DNA of 64,000 nt, from IMG/VR virus record IMGVR_UViG_3300035696_000002, one strand, 5' to 3'. How positions within the stretch are numbered: the first letter of the stretch is position 1; each line of letters begins with the position of its first letter. Origin of the DNA: a virus (lineage: Duplodnaviria; Heunggongvirae; Uroviricota; Caudoviricetes). A model generated the notes under the pieces. That model ran no database searches. It saw only the letters and a program-made list of their open reading frames with translations, and was not told where the DNA came from. Below, piece after piece: positions 1-9,557 of the stretch. The position numbers and the translations under genes were made by a program.

Positions 1-533
1 GTAGGCCGCGTGAGTTGTAAAGCACTGATCCAACCAAAGAACGCCTGTTTTGTCTTCGCACCTACGCCATTCACGTCCATGATGGGCTCGCCCACCTGTG
101 AGGGATCGACGCCGAGAGGCACCATCTGGAAAGCGTCCTTGGTCTTGGCGTACAGGAGGCTGCAATCGCAGCGAACGTGTCCCTGAGCGAGCACAAGTGC
201 CGGATAAAAGGTCTGCGGCCCCGGATTGTCTCGCGACAGGTAGACGGCGAGACGGCCCGCCACGCAATGCCCGGCAGAAGCGAAGTAGTAGCCCTCGTCA
301 TCCTTGCCAATCGCGGTCGCAGTGCAGGTCATCTTCAAGGTGCCTTCATAATCCTGATCGTACATCAGAACCGTGGCTGGGTAGACTGTGTCATTGAGAA
401 AAGCGATCTGGTCGATCACTTTTTTGGGGGCTGGTTGGTAGACGTGGCGGTGTCGCTTATAGGAAACCACGCCTGCGACGAAAAGCAGGGCCACAACGAG
501 GGCAATGAGCCCGATCTTCTTGTGTTTGGACAT
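1..533 (-). CDS. Membrane-anchored/secreted trypsin-like serine protease (3'-truncated by window edge)
   Basis: Not in the ORF track; translated by hand from ATG at 533 as MSKHKKIGLIALVVALLFVAGVV (signal/TM)...CTATAIG...ASAGHCV (catalytic His motif)...CDCSLL (Asp). Open to the window start. Confidence 0.75.
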   Translation of the reverse strand, partial: MSKHKKIGLIALVVALLFVAGVVSYKRHRHVYQPAPKKVIDQIAFLNDTVYPATVLMYDQDYEGTLKMTCTATAIGKDDEGYYFASAGHCVAGRLAVYLSRDNPGPQTFYPALVLAQGHVRCDCSLLYAKTKDAFQMVPLGVDPSQVGEPIMDVNGVGAKTKQAFFGWISALQLTRP

Positions 534-595
534 GCCGCACCCCTCCCATGAAATGAACGCGGCAATCGTCTATACTTTGGGAGGGGTAGTCTGGT

Positions 596-1171
596 TTATT
601 CGAGGCCTTGAGCCTTCATCCACTTCTTGGTGCCCCGGCAATCGCCACAGACGGGCTTTCCGCAGGCGTCCTTGCGGGTACGCGGGCTGTAGTCGCCGTA
701 GAACTTACGGACGTTCCGGGCGAGGTTGACGAGCCCCTGATCGAAGGTTGAGCCGCCAGTGTCGAGCCGCCAGTCGTGGCAGGGCTGGAGGTAGCTACGC
801 ATGTGGTCTTCCTTGGCTTCAAATTCCTCTTGAGCGTAGCCGTACATCTCCGGCCCGAACTCTAACCAGCACTCAATGTGCTTGTTTTTGGAACGGTCAT
901 CGTCTACGCGACCGTGTCCGCCCGGCTTGTTGGTCTTGGTGTAGAAAATATCGAGGTTGCTCTCGATGGCACGACGATACAGGTGCCGATAAAACTTCCA
1001 CCAGTTGCCGCCAGCGTCCTGCTCAACCCAGTAGCCAGCCGCTTTCAATTCGAGAGCTTCCTTCTCGGTCTCGATTGCCAAGCGTTCCGGGATCATCAAC
1101 TTTGGATGATCGTGAATGAACCAGTAGGCGTCGTAAGCATTCTTGATTGTGTGATAGCGTTTCTTTTTCAT
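596..1171 (-). CDS. Hypothetical phage protein
   Basis: 191-aa ORF tiled in a tight minus-strand operon (ATGA overlap with upstream gene). Confidence 0.65.
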   Translation of the reverse strand: MKKKRYHTIKNAYDAYWFIHDHPKLMIPERLAIETEKEALELKAAGYWVEQDAGGNWWKFYRHLYRRAIESNLDIFYTKTNKPGGHGRVDDDRSKNKHIECWLEFGPEMYGYAQEEFEAKEDHMRSYLQPCHDWRLDTGGSTFDQGLVNLARNVRKFYGDYSPRTRKDACGKPVCGDCRGTKKWMKAQGLE

Positions 1172-1536
1172 CGTCTTCCCTTGTTGGCGATCACCCAGTC
1201 AAGATACTGAATGCACCGTGTATACTCTGCTTGTTTTTCCGCGTACCGGGCTCGCGTGATGCGAGCGAGGCGTAGCGACTCCGCCCGTGCTTCCTTCTTC
1301 GTCTTGCAGAGGAAGCCGTTGCATGTGTGGATCGAACCCGGCACATCTTCTGGGTCGTTGGGGTCGGGCTCCGGGTGCTCTGCGGCGAACTTCGGGCTGT
1401 AGGCCGTGTAGCCGTCGCCCTCGTCGCATTCCCCGGTGATCGTGATGACCTCGTAGTCGCCCCAATCCCCGAAAATCCAGTATACCTTATCGCCCGGCTT
1501 CAGGGTCATCAGTTGTCTTTGGTGCCACTGCGTCAT
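1168..1536 (-). CDS. Hypothetical protein (SH3/KOW-like start LKPGDKVYW)
   Basis: 122-aa ORF with overlapping start/stop packing. Confidence 0.6.
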   Translation of the reverse strand: MTQWHQRQLMTLKPGDKVYWIFGDWGDYEVITITGECDEGDGYTAYSPKFAAEHPEPDPNDPEDVPGSIHTCNGFLCKTKKEARAESLRLARITRARYAEKQAEYTRCIQYLDWVIANKGRR

Positions 1537-1789
1537 TTTCAGTCTCCAAAAATTCTTTCAACACCGTATCGAGAGCACTCGGGTGCTTTCCCCACGGGTC
1601 GGCGATGCAGAGCCAGAACCGGAGACCCATGAAGTAAGCTTCAAAGCCCCAGTCCTGACACACGTTGTCGTACTCAAGGCCGACGAAGATAAAGTAGAAC
1701 TCCGCCCAGCCGTATTCCTTGCGATGGAAAACCTCATGCCATTGGCTGGCCGAGAATCCCGCAGTCCAGTAGTTGCCGTATCCAAGCAT
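1487..1789 (-). CDS. Hypothetical protein
   Basis: 100-aa aromatic-rich ORF, TAATG-coupled to the upstream ORF. Confidence 0.55.
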   Translation of the reverse strand: MLGYGNYWTAGFSASQWHEVFHRKEYGWAEFYFIFVGLEYDNVCQDWGFEAYFMGLRFWLCIADPWGKHPSALDTVLKEFLETENDAVAPKTTDDPEAGR

Positions 1790-1962
1790 TATTTTGGCCC
1801 TTTCTTCTTTTTGATTCCGCTCACTTTGCCCTTCGCATTGCGAGAGCCGTGGCAGGAGTTGCGGTAAACCTTCTTGCGACGTGCTTCCTTAGGACGCATG
1901 GAGCAGAAGATGCAGTCGGGACGATGCCCGTGGCGATTTGCGTGTGCGTTTCCTCCGGCCAT
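1789..1962 (-). CDS. Small basic Cys/His protein (57 aa)
   Basis: Hand-translated MAGGNAHANRHGHRPDCIFCSMRPKEARRKKVYRNSCHGSRNAKGKVSGIKKKKGPK; fills the gap exactly, with a TAATG overlap. Confidence 0.6.
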   Translation of the reverse strand: MAGGNAHANRHGHRPDCIFCSMRPKEARRKKVYRNSCHGSRNAKGKVSGIKKKKGPK

Positions 1963-1965
1963 GGC

Positions 1966-2607
1966 TTAGTCCCACAGCGAGTGGAAATGCTCCGCGAAAA
2001 GTGCGATGCCTTCCTTGAAAATTGCCTCGTCGCGAAGTTCGAGCTTGCGGCTCTCCTCGAAACGGGCGTCCCTGATTGCCTTCCACGCATCACGGCTGAC
2101 GCCAGCCGGGCGGTAGAGGGGATAACGACCGAGTTCTGCCTCGTACAGGCCGTCCGCCATGCGACGGCTGGCCTCGAACCCGGCGATCATCTTGTCCATG
2201 ATGGCGTCCCAGCGAGCTTCGGCGATTTTGTAGGTCTCGTCGCTGTGGGTGTAGCCATCGTTGTTCTCTGTGGGCAGGCCTTCGAACACGGACATGGGAA
2301 TGCCGTGTTTTGTGTCCTTCAGGTGCTTGAGAGCAGCAGGTAGCCAGCCTTCGAGGTAGCCATCGAGGCTCCAGCAGTCACGATCAGCCCAGCCACGACG
2401 GCCACGCTGAATGAATGCCCTGATGTTGTAGTAGGAGTCGCTGGGGAAGTCCCAAACGCCCTTGACGAAGCGGCGGATGGCCCAGTAGACGCGGGTGTGC
2501 CACGGATCGACCTCTTCAATGAGAGAATCCGGGTCAAATGGACGAAGAGCGGGGTATTCCTCGCGGGGCTTGACGCCACGCAAGTAGTTGATAAGACGAA
2601 CGAACAT
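1966..2607 (-). CDS. Conserved hypothetical phage protein
   Basis: 213 aa with strong AAGGAGG RBS; RGW.DRDCWSLD...G.P...LFAEHFHSLWD pattern typical of phage hypotheticals. Confidence 0.75.
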   Translation of the reverse strand: MFVRLINYLRGVKPREEYPALRPFDPDSLIEEVDPWHTRVYWAIRRFVKGVWDFPSDSYYNIRAFIQRGRRGWADRDCWSLDGYLEGWLPAALKHLKDTKHGIPMSVFEGLPTENNDGYTHSDETYKIAEARWDAIMDKMIAGFEASRRMADGLYEAELGRYPLYRPAGVSRDAWKAIRDARFEESRKLELRDEAIFKEGIALFAEHFHSLWD

Positions 2608-2757
2608 GCGAATGTGCCTCCTTAGGGGTCACTAACGAAACTTTCGCATATACGCTCCTTGATGGAAATTTTGAAGTAACCCGATAAGCCCTCGGGTCTG
2701 GGCAACGCCCGGAATTTCACCGGGCAGCACATCATCTTTCAATAATACCACAGAAAG

Positions 2758-2955
2758 TCAGATTTTGGAATTTCCCCAGTCGAGAAGTTGCATCATATCG
2801 TTGAAATCGCAGCGGTCGCACTTCACCGGGGAAGCGGTTTTCCCTTCGTCATTGATCCAACAAGTCAGACCGAGAATCTGATTGCACTTCGGACACCATG
2901 TGACTGCCGTCAGCTTTGCAACCTTGGCGTGCCGCCACTTGTAGGTGGTTTTCAT
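2758..2955 (-). CDS. Zn-ribbon protein
   Basis: 65 aa with CPKC and CDRC pairs. Confidence 0.55.
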   Translation of the reverse strand: MKTTYKWRHAKVAKLTAVTWCPKCNQILGLTCWINDEGKTASPVKCDRCDFNDMMQLLDWGNSKI

Positions 2956-2957
2956 GT

Positions 2958-3839
2958 CTACCCCCGCTTTTCACCCCCAGATTTTAACCCCTCGTCGAGC
3001 AACTTCCGCATTCTCTTCGCATCGCCGAATGCCGAATAGTACCTGCCAGCCAGTTTGGTGTTGGTGCCAGCCTTTTCCTGATTCGCCCACACACGATTCT
3101 TCCATTCCACCCACGCGGCGGACTGAGTTGTGCTGAGCATCGGGTGCCACAGGTGTAGAACCCGGAACGGGGCCGTCTTGTGGCGTCCGTACAGCGTGTC
3201 CATCGCCTGCACAGCGGAATGATCCTCGCCGCCCCAGCCACGGAACCGCTCATCCCAGCCGCCCACAGCCTCAAATGCCTCACGCGGCATGATCTGAACC
3301 ATTGCACCGTACCAATGCCCGTGCTGCGAGCCCTGCGTGTTCTGAATGTCACCAGCTTCGAGCTTAGCGAACTGGTGGGGCTTCTTCGGATCGGACTCAA
3401 GCACACGAGTCGCCGCTTTTTCAGTCAGCCGATAGAATTCGCGATAAGGAACGAACCACAACTTACGCTGTTTCTTTTTCGCCTCTCTGATTTTGTCGGC
3501 ACAATGGAGCAGAGCCTCAGGAGGAACGTAGCCGTCAGCGTCCACGACCACAAAAACGTCTCCCTTGGCCTTGGATGCAGCGTCGTTCACCGCCGCCGAC
3601 TTTGAAAACGGGATCGAAGGGTCATTCATCGCAACACGATCTTCTCCCATGATGATTTCGGCACCCGGAAGTTGAGCGGCCCAGTACTTTTTGAGCCAAG
3701 CCCAGTTCTTGGCCCGCTGATTGGTCTCGTCCGGGCAGAGAAACGGAACCAGAATGCTGATTCCGTGACCACGGCGGCGATTGAACAGTGCTTTCAACAC
3801 GAGGGCTACTCCTATTAGGATGAGAACAGTCGTAATCAT
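2958..3839 (-). CDS. Glycosyltransferase (GT-A fold, GT2 / GT7-C-like) with N-terminal membrane anchor
   Basis: ISILVPF, FSKSAAVN, VVVDAD (DxD) and VGGWDERFRGWGGED motifs. Confidence 0.9.
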   Translation of the reverse strand: MITTVLILIGVALVLKALFNRRRGHGISILVPFLCPDETNQRAKNWAWLKKYWAAQLPGAEIIMGEDRVAMNDPSIPFSKSAAVNDAASKAKGDVFVVVDADGYVPPEALLHCADKIREAKKKQRKLWFVPYREFYRLTEKAATRVLESDPKKPHQFAKLEAGDIQNTQGSQHGHWYGAMVQIMPREAFEAVGGWDERFRGWGGEDHSAVQAMDTLYGRHKTAPFRVLHLWHPMLSTTQSAAWVEWKNRVWANQEKAGTNTKLAGRYYSAFGDAKRMRKLLDEGLKSGGEKRG

Positions 3840-4616
3840 TTACTTCAACGCTCCTGCTAGAGCTTTGTAAGCATCGTAGATGGACGATTGAACATCTTCG
3901 ACGCGGGCACGATGGGGCTCAGTCATCTTGTCGGTCACAAATGGAATGCGGAGCGAAGCATGGTAATCCCGGAACTTAAAATCTCCGCCCTCTTTCGCCA
4001 TGGCCGGGCAAATTTCAACCCGGCGAGGGATTCCGCCAAACGAATCCGCAGCGATCATCCCGTGTAACGAAGATGTAACAATCCGGCGACACGATCCGAT
4101 CTCGCGGAGAACTGTAAGTGGGTCGTCCTTGGGGTTGATGACCTTGATAGTCGTACCCTTCGGCATGATCCGCTTGAACCGGGGCACCAGAACGTTATCC
4201 TGCCAGTGAGGGACGACGCCTAAGTCCCAGACCTTCTCCTGTGGCCCGACTAACTCCGCCGCTAACAGGCCGGGATCACCCAGAGCCGGGTTGCCGGGCA
4301 TACTGCGAGCGGAAAGTGGCCCCCGTACCGCAAGGATCGTCGCCATCCTCATGTTGTGGAGGCGTGAGGTCTCGAATAATTTACCTGATCCCAGAACGTA
4401 CCCGTCCCACAGCGGGGGTAGATGTTCCAAAATCGAACCAATGGATGCAACCGAGGCGTGAGACACTGTCGCCCACTCGACTTCGATGTCAGCGAAGTGT
4501 TCAAGTAGGAGCGGAGCCAACGCATCGCCGAAATTAGGGACTTCCTTCCACCAGTATGCGTTGACCGGACGAGCCCTGAAAAGATTTTTGAAGAAATTCA
4601 CTGCTTGGAGTCTCAC
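3840..4616 (-). CDS. Polysaccharide pyruvyl transferase (ExoV-like)
   Basis: PNFGDAL, IGSIL, GSG, AVRGPLS, GDPGLL, GVVPHW and TSSLHGMIAADSFG motifs. Confidence 0.9.
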   Translation of the reverse strand: MRLQAVNFFKNLFRARPVNAYWWKEVPNFGDALAPLLLEHFADIEVEWATVSHASVASIGSILEHLPPLWDGYVLGSGKLFETSRLHNMRMATILAVRGPLSARSMPGNPALGDPGLLAAELVGPQEKVWDLGVVPHWQDNVLVPRFKRIMPKGTTIKVINPKDDPLTVLREIGSCRRIVTSSLHGMIAADSFGGIPRRVEICPAMAKEGGDFKFRDYHASLRIPFVTDKMTEPHRARVEDVQSSIYDAYKALAGALK

Positions 4617-4684
4617 TTGCCTCTAACCAAGAGAGGCATAAGCGAGAAAAAATTTCGGGACTGGCGAAAGTTTATTTTGCCAAT

Positions 4685-4710
4685 AAAAATGCGGCCCCCG
4701 TGGGGGCCGC
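4685..4710 (-). terminator. Intrinsic terminator
   Basis: gcggccccc/gggggccgc inverted repeat followed by a T-run on the minus strand. Confidence 0.6.
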
Positions 4711-4732
4711 TCCCGCTACCGCGTGCAAAATT

Positions 4733-5323
4733 TTAGTGTGAGTCGCCCTTGAAGAACGCTTCAAACTTGGTCTTTTCTGAGCAATAATCGTTGTGGGCTG
4801 GCAGGAAAACTGATCGGTCAAAGCTGCCGGGCAGTGCCGCCATAAATGCGTGATGATAGCTGCCGTCGTTTGTCGTCCACTCAGCCATACCCAAGAGACG
4901 GAACTTATCCCCTGTTTGCCCGTTAGAGAAAAGGGTCAACCTTTCCCACTGCGGTTGGTCAGGGGAAAATGTCAGGGCGACCACATCGGACTTGTCCTTT
5001 ATGACTGCGGCGTAGTAGTTGTCGCCGATGACGCCGATCTTGGCCATATCCGTGTGGATGAAGTCGATGATCTCGACGCGGGGGCGGTGCTTCCCCGTGG
5101 GAGAGGCGGCGATTTCCAAGCCCATCGCGGCAGGCATCGTGCCCTGACAAAACAGGGCCGTGTACTTGCCCAGCAACGGCTTGATAGCGGTGTCGATGTC
5201 GGTGCCACTCAGTTCAACGACGCCATCCTTGAGGTCAAGCGGGTCGATGGCTGGGGCTGGCTTCACGTTCTGAGCGAACGCTGACGCAGCGAAAAGAACT
5301 ACAGCGAGGAATGCAAGTTTCAT
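4733..5323 (-). CDS. Secreted hypothetical protein
   Basis: Classical signal peptide MKLAFLAVVLFAASAFA|Q. Confidence 0.7.
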   Translation of the reverse strand: MKLAFLAVVLFAASAFAQNVKPAPAIDPLDLKDGVVELSGTDIDTAIKPLLGKYTALFCQGTMPAAMGLEIAASPTGKHRPRVEIIDFIHTDMAKIGVIGDNYYAAVIKDKSDVVALTFSPDQPQWERLTLFSNGQTGDKFRLLGMAEWTTNDGSYHHAFMAALPGSFDRSVFLPAHNDYCSEKTKFEAFFKGDSH

Positions 5324-5829
5324 TGGGCCTCCGCCTGAGCAGTCTGGGTTTCTTCAACTGGCACCACGACCGGGGTCGTGTGAGTGTGCCGCAAATCTTT
5401 GGGTAGGTTGCAGCCGGGCTCTGTACAGGCCGGAGCCTCGTCTGGAACTTCCTCAGTGGCCACGAACGGGGCCGGATCGGATGCAGGCACGGCTTCGTAG
5501 CTGAAAATGTATTCGGTCGCGTCTTCGGGCTTCGTGACGCCTTCAGGCATGTCCCACTTGATGTTGATGCGGAGGGATTCAAACGCCTTCATCTCCTCGA
5601 CGGAAACGAGAGCCGAGTTGTTGGCCCGCTTCAAAAGAATAGCGGCCAGCACGGAAAGGCGGCTGTTTGCCAAGTGCAGCTTGCGGGCCTCGGTGATGAC
5701 TTGGCCGAGGATCGAGTTGGGGTCGGTGCGGAGGGTTTCATTTTCCTGCTCAAGCTGCTGGCAGTACTTCTGGAGCGGCTTGAGGTACATCTTTGTGATG
5801 GCCTTATTCCTTCGGCTGTTGCGTCCCAT
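5320..5829 (-). CDS. Hypothetical coiled-coil protein
   Basis: 169-aa ORF in the operon. Confidence 0.65.
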   Translation of the reverse strand: MGRNSRRNKAITKMYLKPLQKYCQQLEQENETLRTDPNSILGQVITEARKLHLANSRLSVLAAILLKRANNSALVSVEEMKAFESLRINIKWDMPEGVTKPEDATEYIFSYEAVPASDPAPFVATEEVPDEAPACTEPGCNLPKDLRHTHTTPVVVPVEETQTAQAEAQ

Positions 5830-5965
5830 CGGAGTTCCCTTTCAATTTGCATTCGCCGCAGCCATTCTTGATGACTTCGACTGGTTTTGGATTATTGGGT
5901 GTGTGAATGCAGCGGCAATCCGCTATGATAGCACCACACGAACACTTGTAGGTGGTATGGGCCAC
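5804..5965 (-). CDS. Small Cys-rich zinc-finger protein (53 aa)
   Basis: Hand-translated from a GTG right after the upstream stop: MAHTTYKCSCGAIIADCRCIHTPNNPKPVEVIKNGCGECK... Confidence 0.65.
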   Translation of the reverse strand: MAHTTYKCSCGAIIADCRCIHTPNNPKPVEVIKNGCGECKLKGNSDGTQQPKE

Positions 5966-6343
5966 TTACTCTGCCTTTTCGACCGGGATCACTGCCGCCG
6001 TTGGAGCCGTGGGCTCCGCTGGGGCTGAGGTCGCTTCCTTCTTCGCCTTCTTTTTCTTGGCGTTCGGATTCTTGGTCATCACTCGCGATTGCGGATGAAC
6101 GATGTACTCCGGTTCCTTCTCTTCCTCATCCGACTCGGGGTTGTGCTTCACCACTTGCTCGCCCGTGGGCAGAGTTTCCGTGATGAGGGTCGGGGGGCCG
6201 ATCTTGTTGTCGAAGAGAGGGTCGATGTACTGCTCGATTCCCATACTGTTCGTGAACGTAATGTTGGAAACCTTCCGATACTTCTCACCGTCTTTCGTTG
6301 TGAAGTATTCGCCGACCTTAACCTCGCCAAAATTTGTGAACAT
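5966..6343 (-). CDS. Hypothetical protein
   Basis: 125 aa with AGGAG RBS. Confidence 0.7.
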   Translation of the reverse strand: MFTNFGEVKVGEYFTTKDGEKYRKVSNITFTNSMGIEQYIDPLFDNKIGPPTLITETLPTGEQVVKHNPESDEEEKEPEYIVHPQSRVMTKNPNAKKKKAKKEATSAPAEPTAPTAAVIPVEKAE

Positions 6344-6369
6344 AATGTTCTCCTGCGTATCAATACTGC

Positions 6370-8106
6370 CTAACTCGAAACTTTCTCAGTACCCGTGGAA
6401 TTTTCTTCTGGTAGAGCGATGCCGTGATCCTGAAGAAACTTCGCCGCCAGTTTCTTGATGTAGTCTTCTTCAATCTGGAGTTTCGTGACCAAATCCTGAT
6501 TCGGATCACGCAGGCCTTCGATCTGTTGCTTCTTGACGCCAAGAATATCCGACATGATCGGGTCAGAACCATGATCCGAGAGCAAGTAATAGGAAGTCAC
6601 GGGTTCATCCTGCCCATCCCGGTGGAGACGCCCCTCATCCTGCTCGTGCACGCCGGGACTCCAGTCAAGTTCACCGAAAACGCAGACGTGACAGACGTTT
6701 TGCAGATCGTTGATCCCGGCCCCTGCCCGCAAACTCATCATCATGATCTTCGACTCGCCCTTGACGAATGCCTGCTTGGCCGCTTCCTTCTGTACCGCAG
6801 TCTCAGACCCGGTAAACATGACGGGTTTCAGGTCTCTGATGTCCCGACCGTTGCCCCTGAAGTGTTCGTTCCAAATATCGTAGACCTCGCGGTGCCAGCC
6901 AAAGAGAAGCACCGGGGTATCGTTGTCTTCGACGAGGAATCGCACGAACTGAGCCACGAATGGGGCCTTGGCGATGCCCGTAGCCTGTCGCATCTTCATG
7001 TCGAACTCGCCAGCGGCCTGCATCTTCTGGCCTTTCCACTCCTGCCCCTGTTTCAGGATCAGTTTGGCAAGCTCGATAGCCTGCCCCTGCATCCTTTGCA
7101 GAACTTCTGGGTCGGCGTCGATCTTATGCGGCACGCGGATGATGCCGGGCAGTTCCCGCTTGACTTCCATGCGAGTGCGGCGGAGCATAAGGCCTTCACG
7201 CCGGGCATAAACGCCGAATGCAGCCGGGTCTTTGATGATCGGCTTCGGGCCGTCCTTGTAGGTTACCCATTCACGACGGAATTCTTCCCAATCGCCGAGG
7301 GCGTCCGGCGTAATGACGTTCAGTACATTGAAAATCTCGCCGCCGTAGTTGTAGATCGGCGTCGCGGAGAGTCCCAGTCGGAATGGAACGTTGTCAGCGA
7401 TGTGTTTCGCGGCCAAATACTTTCCAGTGCTGTCATGTCGAAGCTGTTGGCACTCGTCGAACACCACGGACTTGACGATTGGAGCCAAAGTCTCGGCCCA
7501 GCCGCCTATTTTCGAGTAATTCGTGATGATGACATCGGGCAAGTTGCCTTTCTTGTCCGTGAAATCGTAGGGATGGCCTTTCTTCAGGATGTGGCACTTC
7601 AGATCGGTGAACTTTTCCACCTCATCACGCCACTGCCACGGGAGATGGGTGAGCGTAACGACCAGTGCGGGCGTCGTGCGGGGGTCTGTGAAGCCCGCGA
7701 TGGCCACGCAGGTCTTGCCCAGACCAACATCATCGGCAAGAAGGAGCCCGCCAGCCGTGAGCCACATGTTTGTCGCCAGCGATTGATACTCGCGTGGCGG
7801 CAATTTCATCTGAAACTCACCTTTGTGTTCGCCGGAGAGTAGCTTTTCGATGAGGGCCTGTCGTTCCCGGTGCTTGTCGGCCTGTTCCTTCAACATCCAG
7901 CCCGGATAAATCTCCATGGGGTAGCGAGTGAGGAAGGCTTCGAGATCGCGGCAGTTTTCCGGCGTTGCTCCGATGGAATGGGTGCCGTATTGGTAGGTAT
8001 CGACGCGAGGGAACCACCGTTTTAGACGGATCGCGACTTGGGGCTCGCAGACAATGTCCCAGCAGCGGTTGATTTTATTGTAGGTGACGGAGCCGTAGGA
8101 TTCCAC
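6370..8106 (-). CDS. SNF2-family (SF2) helicase/ATPase
   Basis: LLADDVGLGKT, VFDECQ, LSATP, GAGIN and WSPGVHEQDEGRLHRDGQ motifs. Confidence 0.92.
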   Translation of the reverse strand: MESYGSVTYNKINRCWDIVCEPQVAIRLKRWFPRVDTYQYGTHSIGATPENCRDLEAFLTRYPMEIYPGWMLKEQADKHRERQALIEKLLSGEHKGEFQMKLPPREYQSLATNMWLTAGGLLLADDVGLGKTCVAIAGFTDPRTTPALVVTLTHLPWQWRDEVEKFTDLKCHILKKGHPYDFTDKKGNLPDVIITNYSKIGGWAETLAPIVKSVVFDECQQLRHDSTGKYLAAKHIADNVPFRLGLSATPIYNYGGEIFNVLNVITPDALGDWEEFRREWVTYKDGPKPIIKDPAAFGVYARREGLMLRRTRMEVKRELPGIIRVPHKIDADPEVLQRMQGQAIELAKLILKQGQEWKGQKMQAAGEFDMKMRQATGIAKAPFVAQFVRFLVEDNDTPVLLFGWHREVYDIWNEHFRGNGRDIRDLKPVMFTGSETAVQKEAAKQAFVKGESKIMMMSLRAGAGINDLQNVCHVCVFGELDWSPGVHEQDEGRLHRDGQDEPVTSYYLLSDHGSDPIMSDILGVKKQQIEGLRDPNQDLVTKLQIEEDYIKKLAAKFLQDHGIALPEENSTGTEKVSS

Positions 8107-8118
8107 CTACGTCTAATA

Positions 8119-8379
8119 CTAGAATTTCAGGGAAGCTGGACGATCAATCGGAAAACCGAGACGCTGGAGGAGGGCAACGAAGGTGTCAATGATGAAATGG
8201 GCCGCGATAGCGATGATGAACAGGAGGACGAACGCATAGGCGTCACAACAAACTGCCTTCCACCAACTCCCGGTCATCGCAAATACGATGCCTCCGGCCA
8301 AAGAAGTGAAAGGAAGGAAAACGTAGGACAGGTACCGCATCGGAATGACATCGGATGTCCAGAATTCCCGGAACGTCAT
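8119..8379 (-). CDS. Small membrane protein
   Basis: Probable start MTFREF; two hydrophobic helices; extended -10 TGCTATACT just upstream. Confidence 0.55.
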   Translation of the reverse strand: MTFREFWTSDVIPMRYLSYVFLPFTSLAGGIVFAMTGSWWKAVCCDAYAFVLLFIIAIAAHFIIDTFVALLQRLGFPIDRPASLKF

Positions 8380-8521
8380 AGATGCTTCAGTATAGCATAG
8401 ACGCCCCAGCCCGCCAAAAAGACCCACACGAAGCCAATCTGAGTGTGAGCCTGCCCGGTGCTGCGGTCGCCCCACATGAGGCCGTAGGGGCCGATCCAGA
8501 ACTGCCATTTGCGTTCATTGT

Positions 8522-8746
8522 TCATTTCTGCAAGAAACCCTTCACCTGCTCGCACGGCACCGTGGCGATGCTGGTAGAATTGTACCCTTCAACCAGACTG
8601 TTCACCGCCGCGAAGCAGATGTGAGTGCGTTCATCCTGAAAATAGGTGATGTTGTGTGACTGAACCGGATCGGCTGGCGTGTTGTTCTGACAAGCAACGA
8701 GGCCAAGTAGAGCGGCAATTACGAGCCCGCTGAGTACGTTTTTCAT
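8522..8746 (-). CDS. Lipoprotein
   Basis: MKNVLSGLVIAALLGLVAC lipobox; start re-called to 8746. Confidence 0.7.
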   Translation of the reverse strand: MKNVLSGLVIAALLGLVACQNNTPADPVQSHNITYFQDERTHICFAAVNSLVEGYNSTSIATVPCEQVKGFLQK

Positions 8747-8940
8747 GCGTTTGCTGCCTTCTTTTTCTTGGGGTCGGCCCAACGGCCAACATGCCAGAAA
8801 CCACACTCCCGGCACTTGTAGGCGTTGAGGCGTTTGTAGCTCTTGCCCCAGCGTTTGCGTTTTACAGTGTCTTTCCAAGCCTCACATGCGGCTCGGGCGG
8901 ATGTCTCATCGAGATGTTTGATCTTGCCTTCGCAGCCCAT
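8743..8940 (-). CDS. Small Zn-binding phage protein
   Basis: CEGK...AYKCRECGFWHVG motif. Confidence 0.7.
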   Translation of the reverse strand: MGCEGKIKHLDETSARAACEAWKDTVKRKRWGKSYKRLNAYKCRECGFWHVGRWADPKKKKAANA

Positions 8941-8968
8941 TGGACGATTCTGTGCGTAAATTGGACGA

Positions 8969-9340
8969 TTACAAGAAACTGTTCAGCAAATATACCACAT
9001 ACAGTGGCTTCCCGTTCATCTCGTCCGGCATATTTTTGTGCTTGGATCGCGTGGTCACGAGAATGAGATGGTTCACTTCGGGTAGTTTAGCATAACGCCA
9101 CAGTTGCCGGGTGACAGATGAGGTGGACGAGTCAACTTTCACCTCGATAGCAACATCGCCGACAAGAAAATCGAGGCGATCACCTCGCGTCAGTGGCACC
9201 TCGGCCTTGAATTCGAATTTGAGTTGCGTGAGAACCTGAGCAATACCGCGTTGCAAATCCTTTTCTTCGTTGAAATGGAATTTGCTCTCGTAAATTGCCT
9301 TGGCAATCGTCTCGGCTTTAGATAGCGTCGGGGTCGTCAT
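8969..9340 (-). CDS. PD-(D/E)xK restriction-endonuclease-like protein
   Basis: E...RLDFLVGDVAIEVK...QLWRY; start re-called to MTTPT. Confidence 0.75.
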   Translation of the reverse strand: MTTPTLSKAETIAKAIYESKFHFNEEKDLQRGIAQVLTQLKFEFKAEVPLTRGDRLDFLVGDVAIEVKVDSSTSSVTRQLWRYAKLPEVNHLILVTTRSKHKNMPDEMNGKPLYVVYLLNSFL

Positions 9341-9557
9341 CGCGTAAATAATTTTCCTCAGGCACGCGAGAGTTGATAATGGAGTTGATGAGACGCACGG
9401 TCGCGGCGTGAACTTCGGGAGAAGGTCTCCATGGTTGCGGCTCAGGCTCGTCCTCGCAGCCGCACGGGATGTCAATTCCGGCACCCCACGGCTCTACGCC
9501 GCCAGAGTCAACAACTCCGGTGCCGTTGCACCAACCGCACTTTACGGGTTCTCCCAT
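9318..9557 (-). CDS. Small CxxCxGxG protein
   Basis: CGWCNGTG...CGC; GTATTA motif just upstream. Confidence 0.55.
   Translation of the reverse strand: MGEPVKCGWCNGTGVVDSGGVEPWGAGIDIPCGCEDEPEPQPWRPSPEVHAATVRLINSIINSRVPEENYLRDDDPDAI

Noticed and set aside
6424-7842. 472-aa plus-strand ORF
   Set aside because: Antisense shadow of the SNF2 helicase, with no motifs or RBS.
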